Source: Candidatus Latescibacterota bacterium (lineage in GTDB: Bacteria; Latescibacterota; UBA2968). From it: 64,000 nucleotides of DNA. The notes under the pieces were generated by a model, which saw only the letters and a program-made list of their open reading frames with translations, did no database searches and was not told the DNA's origin. The position numbers and the translations under genes were made by a program. Of the stretch, positions 29,624 to 37,885 are shown piece by piece; position 1 is the stretch's first letter; each line of letters begins with the position of its first letter. The stretch spans positions 736,001 through 800,000 of the forward strand of contig OZ242195.1 of the NCBI GenBank assembly GCA_965205975.1. Reading direction: 5' to 3'.

Positions 29624-30445
29624 CTACGAAAATATAGTCAAGTTGGGATTTATCTCAGTATCTGCATATTTCCGGAGAAGAACTTGCCTGAAGTCTCCAA
29701 CGAACTGTTGCACGTAGCTGGCCTTCACTTGATTCTCGGCCTCCTGCAGCCACCCCTGTGCCCAGTCCACTAGGATCACGCAGGCGAAGCGACCTTCCTT
29801 TTCCAGTTTGGTTCGGCGCACTGATGAAAGGCTCTCAGGGGGCGGTGGTTTTCCGTCGGGGGTCAAGTACAGCAACAGATATTGCCCCTTGTACTTTCTA
29901 TTTAGGTTTTTGGCGTAGGCGTGTAGTTGACCTGGTGGATGCCCTTCACCCGGTTTGTTCTCAATCGCAATCCCTACTAATCTCCCGTCAACATTCATGC
30001 TGATCTCTATATCAATTCTCCGCTTCCGGTTATCGATGTGAGTGGTCGGCGCTTCTCTGTAAACTAGCGGATGCGACCAGTTAGAATCGTCTGGTAAAAT
30101 CCGCTTCATACCTAGTTGCGTCGCTTCGTCGTCCCGCAAATGCTTCAAGAGAGCGGCCAAGAACAGGTCTCTCTGTCCATGAGCAGAATCGGGTCTAAGC
30201 AGGTCCGCCAGCACGTCGGACATACGGTTTTCGTCGAGATGGATATACTTGAAAGTGCTGAAACGTCGAGCAAGGTGACGGTCAAGTTCAATTACGGCTG
30301 GCCTCAAAACGTTAAGACCTTGCTGGGCACCCTCGAAGAATCGCGAGATCTCTTGCCTGAGCCTTGTATCGCGGGCTTTCTTCAAACTATCAAGACCTTG
30401 CTTGGCATCCTCAAAAAATCTCCGGGTCTTTTGCTCAAGGTTCAT
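29624..30445 (-). CDS. PD-(D/E)XK nuclease (PDDEXK_4-like)
   Basis: ENRMSDVLADLL..HGQ..FL, RRIDI, IAIENK, QLHAY, YLTPDG; GGAGG upstream of ATG 30445. Confidence 0.85.
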   Translation of the reverse strand: MNLEQKTRRFFEDAKQGLDSLKKARDTRLRQEISRFFEGAQQGLNVLRPAVIELDRHLARRFSTFKYIHLDENRMSDVLADLLRPDSAHGQRDLFLAALLKHLRDDEATQLGMKRILPDDSNWSHPLVYREAPTTHIDNRKRRIDIEISMNVDGRLVGIAIENKPGEGHPPGQLHAYAKNLNRKYKGQYLLLYLTPDGKPPPPESLSSVRRTKLEKEGRFACVILVDWAQGWLQEAENQVKASYVQQFVGDFRQVLLRKYADTEINPNLTIFS

Positions 30446-30459
30446 TTCGCTGGCCACCT

Positions 30460-31062
30460 TCACTCCTCCAGTGACTCCGAAATGGCCTTCGCAGAAAGCA
30501 CCAATATGTATGTAAAGTGCTCGATCTTCTCTTGCCTGAGTTCGTCGTCGTGCAGTGTGCACAGGTCGTCAAAGGATTTGTGGCTGTCTTTTAGATAGGA
30601 CTGCCAACGCCAAGAATCCTCGGAATCTCAGGATCAGACCCGTATCCTGGAAATAGTCAGAGAGATCCTCCGCCGTTGGACAAGCCTCGTTTGCTGCAGG
30701 CGTTCCCACGAATATATCTTCCCAATAGCCGAGATATATTTTGATCTCTTGATCTTCATAGTCATCACGTAGATAATTTTTTCCGCCCTAGTACTTTCAA
30801 ACCTGTTCTCTTCCCTTGTACTATCAGATTCGTTTCTAACCTTCGTTTCTATAACCTTTGTCTTCCACTGCCGGAGTCGGCCACACGCCTCGAGTTTTTT
30901 CCTGACATTCTTATCGAGTTTCTTCAGAAAGGAAGACAGAATTTTTGCCCGTAGTTGTACTTGTATATGACCGATTGCCAGCGCAAGCCTAGTATTCTCC
31001 TTGGATTCCATGCAGTATTTTACCAGATATTTTTCTTCTTCAGGCGTCAGTTCCCTCATCAT
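30460..31062 (-). pseudogene. Hypothetical gene with two frameshifts
   Basis: MMRELTPEEE... continues in other frames as EDQEIKIYLGYWEDIFVG... and SWRWQSYLK...ISESLEE*, ending just before the nuclease start. Confidence 0.55.
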
Positions 31063-31353
31063 AGTCTCCTTTACGTGAATTCATGGTTTTCTCCTCGCCC
31101 CTCTGCGAAGGTGTTTAAAATAACGTGCGTTCGGGTTAAGCGGCCCTCTAACTGGAGTCGTGCTTCCGCTTAGTAGCATACGGTTGCAATGTATGCATTT
31201 ACACACAAAAAATACGACCATTCCCTGTGTCAACCAAGACATGTTGATTTTAGCTTGGCGATCAACTGGAAATCAAAGCGCGTGCTCAGTATTGAACTCG
31301 AAAAATCAGCCTGTCGAGCTGTTGCCCCTCTGCTTATTCCCCACTCACGTAAG

Positions 31354-31387
31354 ATATTAATAAACCCCTGCGACAGATCACGTCGCA
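31354..31387 (-). promoter_or_regulatory. WYL-box promoter 1 (overlaps the WYL stop codon)
   Basis: Palindrome TGCGAC-N7-GTCGCA (31369-31387); minus strand reads TGTCGC-N10-TAATAT. Confidence 0.78.
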
Positions 31388-32355
31388 CCCCCATCATCCA
31401 ATCCCAACGCCGCCCGCATCTCCTCCCGCACCGCCGCCCGCAATTCCTCCGGCTCCAGCACCTCAGCCGCTGCCCCAAAACTCAACACCCAACTCTTGAT
31501 CTCGTAAAACCCCCCAGCCCGTAGCCGCAACACCACCCGCCCGTCGTCCAACTCTTCCAGTGTCTGGCTCGGATGCCAGAGCCGCTCCCGTATGTAGGGT
31601 GCCTGCTCCTCGGTGAACCGAACCACCACGTCCATCGGCTCCTCGAACGAGACGCCGAACGCATTGCTTACTTGCTCGTCAACCGACAGGTGATCCGGCG
31701 GCTCGAACTCCTCCTCGGTCACTTCCACCGACTCAAAGCGGTCCACCGCCTGCGTGATGAGCTGGTCGTAGTAGGGCATCCGCGAGATTACATATAGACC
31801 ACCCCGGTGCGGCAGGAGGCGCAGCGGTTCGATGTTGTACTGCTGGGCACTCTCCGCCCATGGCGAGCGGTAGCTCACCCGACACACGCGGTGCTCCAGG
31901 AGGGCGTCGTGTAGGTTTTCGAGTATTTCGCGGGCGTCTTCATAAGGCTTGTGCCCGCGCGCCAGCGGCACGTATGCCTCTGCGGCTCGCTCTATGAATT
32001 GCCGCATCTCCGGGGGCATGGCCTGGGTCAGCCGGCGAATCGCCGACCGCAGGTGCTCGCCGAATGGTGTTCCCACCAACCCCATGCCCGCCTGCTCAGC
32101 AAAGATCATCGCCGCGATTTCCATAATCGGAAAGTTTAGCGGCAGCTTGGTGTCCTTCTGTAGTTGGTAGTAGATGCGCTGATCGGCGCGCCGTGTTTCG
32201 TGCAGTATAAATCCGGCCTCGCGCAGGTCACCCAAATCGCGCTGTATGGTGCGCCTATCTACGTTGTACTCGTCCGCCAGTTCGCGTACACTCATCCCGT
32301 AACGCCGCGCCTGCAACTCCCGCAGGATGTCCAGTTGTCGCACAATCTGCTTCAT
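31378..32355 (-). CDS. HTH-WYL-WCX transcriptional regulator (DriD/PafC-like)
   Basis: N-terminal wHTH (ELADEYNVDRRTIQRDL), WYL core (IEPLRL..GLYVI), WCX (WHPSQ, WVLSFGAAAEVLEPEELR); 325 aa. Confidence 0.92.
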   Translation of the reverse strand: MKQIVRQLDILRELQARRYGMSVRELADEYNVDRRTIQRDLGDLREAGFILHETRRADQRIYYQLQKDTKLPLNFPIMEIAAMIFAEQAGMGLVGTPFGEHLRSAIRRLTQAMPPEMRQFIERAAEAYVPLARGHKPYEDAREILENLHDALLEHRVCRVSYRSPWAESAQQYNIEPLRLLPHRGGLYVISRMPYYDQLITQAVDRFESVEVTEEEFEPPDHLSVDEQVSNAFGVSFEEPMDVVVRFTEEQAPYIRERLWHPSQTLEELDDGRVVLRLRAGGFYEIKSWVLSFGAAAEVLEPEELRAAVREEMRAALGLDDGGAT

Positions 32356-32368
32356 TGAATCAACGCCC

Positions 32369-32602
32369 CTATTCCGCCGCTCGTTTCACTAAGTAATCAA
32401 ATAGCTTTACCCAAATCGTCTTAGGCATCCGCTCCGGGTGAAACTGCACGCCGATCAAGCGGCCATCCGCGCATTCATTGCGTTTTGTCCGGTCGAGGTC
32501 ACACACCCCAACAAGGTCAAAATGATCAGAATCGAGATATGGCTTCACATAAATTTTGCCTCTGCCACCAAGGCCGAGTTGGGCAACACGGTGCTTTTTC
32601 AT
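32369..32602 (-). pseudogene. Chimeric remnant: Gfo/Idh/MocA N-terminus fused to class I glutamine amidotransferase C-terminus
   Basis: VAQLGLGGRG...VGVCDLD joined in frame to LIGVQFHPE...LFDYLVKRA. Confidence 0.7.
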
Positions 32603-32611
32603 AAATTCTCT

Positions 32612-33283
32612 CTATGCTATCAGCCATGTAATTGCGTTGTCAATAAGCTTCGCAGTCATTGGATGCATAAGAATAGCCTGATCGTGCCCGGGCACCAGCA
32701 TCATCACACGTCCACTTCCATACTCATGACACCAACCTTGCACATGCCGTCCATTGGTCACAGAATAGCTCTCAAGAAATACAGATGTTTGCGATTCATC
32801 CAGGTCCATAATGTACTCTTCTTCTTGAACACAATAGGGTTCAACACCATCGGTCAGTTCGGGTAATACGCCCGTCGGACGGATTTCGACATCGATTCGC
32901 TTTGGATGGTTGTGAAAACGAGACTTTGAGACGCGCTGAATACCGCCACCTTCGGAATAAAACGCAACGGCATCGTGGTGAAGAAATAGTCGGCCGCCAT
33001 TTTGTGCATATGCCTCAATGAGCGTTTCCTCATCTTCAGAAAGCCACTTGTGTTTATGCCCTTGCTGAAGAGTAAACTGCAACTCACGAGCATTTCGTAC
33101 ATCGTCGAATGCATATCGGCTAATGAGCACCATATCAAAAGATGAGAGATCGTCCCAGGGCACCGCGTTGTCAAATACAATTGTCGGATCATACCCTCGC
33201 ACCTGTAGTGGTCTCACAAGCGCAGTAACCAGATGCGCCGGACAGTGGTAAGCGTCTCCAAGAACTGCGAGTAATTTTTTCAT
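32612..33283 (-). CDS. ThuA-like (GATase-fold) domain protein
   Basis: GDAYH, GGRLFLHH, EEEY, YGSGRV..VPGH. Confidence 0.75.
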   Translation of the reverse strand: MKKLLAVLGDAYHCPAHLVTALVRPLQVRGYDPTIVFDNAVPWDDLSSFDMVLISRYAFDDVRNARELQFTLQQGHKHKWLSEDEETLIEAYAQNGGRLFLHHDAVAFYSEGGGIQRVSKSRFHNHPKRIDVEIRPTGVLPELTDGVEPYCVQEEEYIMDLDESQTSVFLESYSVTNGRHVQGWCHEYGSGRVMMLVPGHDQAILMHPMTAKLIDNAITWLIA

Positions 33284-33330
33284 AACCTGCTCCTTTTGGC
33301 GGTCAGGACGGCAACCGCATAACTAAAGCC

Positions 33331-34491
33331 CTACTCATAGACCATCTCCCCGGTCTTGTGGTTTTCGATCCAGTCCCGGTCGAACTCCACCCCCAGTCCC
33401 GGCCCCTCCGGCACTTCGACACAGCCGTTCTCATCGACCGAATCCAACTCGTCGAGCCAGCGTCTTTCTGGATAGACCGCCGGCTTGGTATCGGGCACCA
33501 GGGGATGCACCAGGCCCAATTCGTAGTAATTGGCGTTGCGCAGGGTCGCCATGATATGCCGGTGCGCCAGATTGCCACCATGCAACTCCACGTCCAGCCC
33601 GTGTGCCTCGGCCATAGCAGCGATCTTCATTACCCCGGTGATGCCGCCGTCGGTCTGGGCGTTGGCGCGTACGAAGTCGGTGGCGCCGGCAGTAATCGTA
33701 TCGGCCTTGGCTTCAAGCCCACGCACGTGTTCGCCCATCAGCATCGGCGTATTGATCAGTTCGCGCAGCTTGGCGTGGGCAAAGCGCGAAAAGCCGCCGC
33801 CCCTAAACGGGTCTTCATACCACATATAACGCGCCTCGTCGCAGGCGCGCCCCACCTTGAGCACGTCCTCGAATGTGGGAAAACACCCGGCCGGATCGAG
33901 CAACAGATCCATATCGTCGCCCACCGCTTCGCGGATGGCTAATACCGCCGCTACCTCGCGATCGATCGGCCCGTTGACCCAGCCGTGGATCTTAAACGCT
34001 GGATAGCCGTATTGCTCCTTGCAGCGCAACGCGAATTGCGCAAAGTCGTCCGGCGTCGTCAAACCGCCGTTTTCATCGCCGTGGTAGGTCGAGGCGTAGG
34101 CCGGTAGCTTCTTGCGCCAGCCCCCGCCCAACAGTTCGTAGATCGGCGCGTCGTAGAGCTTGCCAGCGAAATCCCACAGCGCGATATCTACCGCGCCCGG
34201 CGGCGTGCCGTCCTGCCCGCGGCGCGAGCGCTTGAGGTCGTGCCAGATGATCTCGCGGTCCAGCGGGTTGCGGCCGAGCAAGTACTGCGCCGGGCGGGAA
34301 TCGATGCCACCGGACGCAATGCCGCTGATGCCGACGCTGGTCTCTATGGTCAGCAAGCCGCCCCCCAGAGTCAGGCGGCCGCCCTTGCGATAGACCGTGT
34401 CGAAGCCCAATTGCTCCTCCAACTCCATATCGGCGATCTCGTAGGCGAAACTCGTCGAGGTAATGCGGGTGATCTCAATATCTCGCGCCAT
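33331..34491 (-). CDS. Mandelate racemase/muconate lactonizing enzyme family enolase
   Basis: DIALWD, YAST, FKIH, LLD, YEDP, GEH, ELH. Confidence 0.9.
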   Translation of the reverse strand: MARDIEITRITSTSFAYEIADMELEEQLGFDTVYRKGGRLTLGGGLLTIETSVGISGIASGGIDSRPAQYLLGRNPLDREIIWHDLKRSRRGQDGTPPGAVDIALWDFAGKLYDAPIYELLGGGWRKKLPAYASTYHGDENGGLTTPDDFAQFALRCKEQYGYPAFKIHGWVNGPIDREVAAVLAIREAVGDDMDLLLDPAGCFPTFEDVLKVGRACDEARYMWYEDPFRGGGFSRFAHAKLRELINTPMLMGEHVRGLEAKADTITAGATDFVRANAQTDGGITGVMKIAAMAEAHGLDVELHGGNLAHRHIMATLRNANYYELGLVHPLVPDTKPAVYPERRWLDELDSVDENGCVEVPEGPGLGVEFDRDWIENHKTGEMVYE

Positions 34492-34532
34492 GGTGCTCTC
34501 TCCTTCGCTGTGTGTTTGGTTTTAACTTCTGC

Positions 34533-34550
34533 TCCACGGCTACTCATCTC
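34533..34550 (-). repeat. Direct repeat B2: orphan copy of the PhyH RBS and start; contains the stop of the C-N hydrolase gene
   Basis: 18/18 identical to 23113-23130. Confidence 0.8.
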
Positions 34551-35428
34551 ACGATCTGAGGTGACGCATAAAGATCGGGCCTGGCCTCGTTCGCTGTGAA
34601 GCAACCGGATGATCGCGCTTTCTCTATTAAATCTCTCGAGACCTCGGTCACGATCATGCCTTCCACTGGCGCGTGTTCGTCGATGAACTGGCCGTTCGGA
34701 TCGATCGCGAAGGCGAGCCCTGGAAACCAGGCGTTGCCGCTTTTTCCCGCCTGGTTGGCGTAGAAAATGTAGAGCGCATTGTCCACTGCCCTTGCTGGCA
34801 AGACCTGGGCGGCAAGCTGTCGATGTTCGGCTGCCTGTTCGGTCTGATCGCCGTCAGGGGTGACGTTGTCAGCGCGGCCGCTTGCACCTACGGCGAGGAG
34901 GAAAAAGTCCGCGCCCTCCTGTGCGGCGGTTCGGAAGATCTCCGGAAACCTCAGGTCGTAGCAGATCCCCACGCCGAAGGTCCAGCCTTGCGATGTCACG
35001 ATAGGGAGTTGGCTCCCCGGTTCGAACCAGGCCCGCTCGGTTTCATTCGGGATGTGCAGTTTGGTGAAGGTCGCGAGGTAACCGCTGGGCCCTACGATGT
35101 AGGCGCTGTTGCGATAGCGTTCGCCCGCTGGCTCGATGGTACCGACGACAAGGGTCATGTCGAGTTCGCTGCAGAGCGATTCGAGGAACGGAATTGATTT
35201 CTCGGCCGCTGCTTCTGCGATCCGCAGGGACTCCTCGGGAGGAATGTCCGATTTGTTCATCGAGCCCGTGATGCACTCTTCGGGAAAGAGCGCAAACGCG
35301 GCACCTTGCCTGTGAGCCTCTCTCGACCACTCGGCAATCCGGTCGAGGTTGGTCGTGGGGTCGCCCATCGCGCTGTGCATGGCGACCGATGCGATACGTG
35401 TTTTTGTGTTGTTCATGGGATCTGCCAT
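34544..35428 (-). CDS. Carbon-nitrogen hydrolase (nitrilase superfamily)
   Basis: FPE, TKLH and GICYDLRFPE catalytic triad motifs. Confidence 0.92.
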   Translation of the reverse strand: MADPMNNTKTRIASVAMHSAMGDPTTNLDRIAEWSREAHRQGAAFALFPEECITGSMNKSDIPPEESLRIAEAAAEKSIPFLESLCSELDMTLVVGTIEPAGERYRNSAYIVGPSGYLATFTKLHIPNETERAWFEPGSQLPIVTSQGWTFGVGICYDLRFPEIFRTAAQEGADFFLLAVGASGRADNVTPDGDQTEQAAEHRQLAAQVLPARAVDNALYIFYANQAGKSGNAWFPGLAFAIDPNGQFIDEHAPVEGMIVTEVSRDLIEKARSSGCFTANEARPDLYASPQIVR

Positions 35429-35466
35429 TCGACCCTTTCTCCGATGCGTGGTTATTCATGTGTACT

Positions 35467-36432
35467 TCATACAGCCGAACGGACCGAATAAACCGCTTCG
35501 AGCGAACCGACGTTCGGACGGCGGTTCTCATCGTTCTGCCGGATGTTGCGGGCGAAGAAATCGTCGAACAGTTCCAACTCAAATTCTCTCGCAATGTCTA
35601 TGGCCGAGCGCTTATCCGAATTGCTGTGGATCAAGGCGGTCCCGATATAGCTCGGTATGTCGATTGTGACCTCATCCTGGTATTTCTTCTCGATCAGCGG
35701 AAACTTGCTGGAGTTTCCGCTGCGTTTGACCAGCACGCGGTCCAGGTTGATTGTTGCGCACATCGTGCGTGAATAGTTGGTGTTTAGTTTCACGGGCTGG
35801 CCGAGGGGATTGATCACCCCGCCTCCGTAGAACCGAAGCGCGGTCAGATAGTAGCACTGGCATTCGTACGCCCATTGCTGCTGAAGGAATCCGCCGTGAT
35901 AGGCACTGGGAAATGTGAGGATGTCCGGTTTCAGGTCCCGGTAATCGAACCGAAGTTGTTCGAATTTCTGGTCGAAACAAACCACCCCTCCAAGGCGACC
36001 GATCGCGGTGTCGAAAACTTTGGGGCCGTCACCCGAGCGCAGCCCTTGTTTTCGTTCGTTATCCGTCAGGAACGTCTTGTGATAGGCACCGATCACTGAG
36101 CCATCAGGGCCGATATACACAATAGAATTGAACACATCGTCGCCTTCGCGGAGCTTGATGGATCCGGCCACATGGCATGACTCGGTCCTGGCGAAATCCC
36201 GGTACATTGACAAAAACGGACCCGGCTGTTCCACGGTCTCGGCCGTTTCCAGGGTCTGGCCGTATCCTTCGACCAGCTCACAGGTCAACACGAGGTCCAG
36301 GTTGTATCCTTTCAATGAATTGAGGTCGTTTCGGGTCATGCGCAGTACTTTTTCCATGCTCTCGGGTTCACCCCGCTGCAAATCGGCAAATGCACTGAAC
36401 TGAATCGACCCCACTCTTACGAATCGTGCCAT
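35467..36432 (-). CDS. Carbon-nitrogen hydrolase
   Basis: LTCE, YHKTF and VCFD triad motifs. Confidence 0.87.
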   Translation of the reverse strand: MARFVRVGSIQFSAFADLQRGEPESMEKVLRMTRNDLNSLKGYNLDLVLTCELVEGYGQTLETAETVEQPGPFLSMYRDFARTESCHVAGSIKLREGDDVFNSIVYIGPDGSVIGAYHKTFLTDNERKQGLRSGDGPKVFDTAIGRLGGVVCFDQKFEQLRFDYRDLKPDILTFPSAYHGGFLQQQWAYECQCYYLTALRFYGGGVINPLGQPVKLNTNYSRTMCATINLDRVLVKRSGNSSKFPLIEKKYQDEVTIDIPSYIGTALIHSNSDKRSAIDIAREFELELFDDFFARNIRQNDENRRPNVGSLEAVYSVRSAV

Positions 36433-36473
36433 ATATCTCTCCTTTCACAATGCTAATCGTGCTGGACCGTCCA

Positions 36474-36893
36474 TTAGAGCGCGGCGTTGCCCGCCTCCGT
36501 CCGCAAGCTGTGTCGGCCCTCTATATGCGCGTGCCAGTCCATGCCGATCTCCGGTCGTGATCGGGTCGGTCTGGGCAGCGCATGCCGCAGCGGACACACC
36601 TCGTCCATTACCTTGCGAACGAAGCTCCAGGAGATGCCGCCGACCTGGTCGCCATTTTCGCACATCCGCGTGATATGGGGCAACTCGGACCAGTAGTCCA
36701 CCACCGAACGCCCCAGATTCCAAACCAGATGGTCGCAGCCCGCTTGCAGGTGCAGGTCGATGCACTCGTCCAGTGCTTTGGGGCCCGGGCACGGCTTGTC
36801 GTAGTTGGCGTAGTAGCACATCCACTCCGAAATGCCGAACACCGGTTTTTCGTTGCCGCTTGCCGCGCGCAATTCGAGTTGCTCTCGCGCCAT
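36474..36893 (-). pseudogene. Truncated or internally deleted TIM-barrel glycosidase-like gene
   Basis: AGGAGG RBS; HLQAGCDHLVWNLGRS..CPLRHAL, then an abrupt short tail; 139 aa. Confidence 0.5.
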
Positions 36894-36932
36894 TTGATAT
36901 GACCTCCTGATCGGGTGTATTTATCGAAAGCA

Positions 36933-37868
36933 TTAAGCGGACCATCGCGCGGTGCCGATGGCGTAATACTTGTGTACAAAAGGTGGTTTGGTGCGCGAAG
37001 CGTACCACAGGCGCAGGGAGCCGTCGGTTAGGCGCAAGAGCGAATGGCTGGTGGTAAAGTGCGATTCCCAGGACCGCGAAGGGTCGGGGCCGAAGATCGG
37101 ATTGCGAGGGCTTTTCGTCCAGTTGAAGCCGTCTTCGCTGATGGCAAATCCGATGGAGGTTTTCATGACCTCGGGCGGATAGCTGCTATAGCTGCCGTAC
37201 CACATCAGATAATAACCGTCTTCTTTGAGAACGGTTGGATAGACCAGGCGCTGGAACTCCCATTCCTGATCCAATTCCAGCACTGGCTGGGGATGGACTT
37301 GCCACTCAAAGCCGTCGTCGCTGGTGGCAGCGCGTATGGTCCAGGGGTCGGCGGTCACATCGGTGTACCACAGGCGGTAGTGGTCGTCTTCCCAAAACAG
37401 GGTGGGGGCGTAGGCGTTTTCTAATAGGGGAGGGGAGGGCGTCTCCCAGCGGAGTCCGTCGTCGCTGGTCATGGCGTGCAGGGTGTGGCGTGTGTCGCCA
37501 GAAGGAAAATCGGTCGAGGAAAAAAACATACGCAGCTTGCCCGCCTCGCGTCTCAGGGAGCCGTCCGGGTGGCGTACCAGGGTGGGGGTGAGGATGGAGT
37601 GGTCGGTCTCCAGGGTGCAAACCGGGGAGGCGGGGTGTCGTGTAAAATGCAGGCCGTCGTCGCTGGTGGCCAGCCCCAGAGCAAAAACCCGCAGATCTAC
37701 TTCGCCGCGCGAGCCGCTGTACCACATGTAATAGCGCCCGTCTTCCAAAGCGACACAGGGAGCAAAAATGTGGGTGTCGTCAAATTGACCGGCTGCGCCC
37801 AGGGACAGACAAGGTGCATCAATGTCTCGCTCCCAGGGTTGTGGATCCAGCCATTGGTTTTTGTCCAT
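36933..37868 (-). CDS. Five-bladed beta-propeller glycoside hydrolase (GH32/43/130-like)
   Basis: Repeated YxMWYxG and ATSDDGxxW blades, YPTVL, NPIFGP. Confidence 0.8.
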   Translation of the reverse strand: MDKNQWLDPQPWERDIDAPCLSLGAAGQFDDTHIFAPCVALEDGRYYMWYSGSRGEVDLRVFALGLATSDDGLHFTRHPASPVCTLETDHSILTPTLVRHPDGSLRREAGKLRMFFSSTDFPSGDTRHTLHAMTSDDGLRWETPSPPLLENAYAPTLFWEDDHYRLWYTDVTADPWTIRAATSDDGFEWQVHPQPVLELDQEWEFQRLVYPTVLKEDGYYLMWYGSYSSYPPEVMKTSIGFAISEDGFNWTKSPRNPIFGPDPSRSWESHFTTSHSLLRLTDGSLRLWYASRTKPPFVHKYYAIGTARWSA

Positions 37869-37885
37869 GATCTATTTTCCTCATT

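Noticed and set aside
32325..32343. Third WYL box in the WYL gene start (TGTCGCA)
   Set aside because: Half-site only, with no partner at N7 and no TANNNT at N10; the half-site near 12893 fails the same test.
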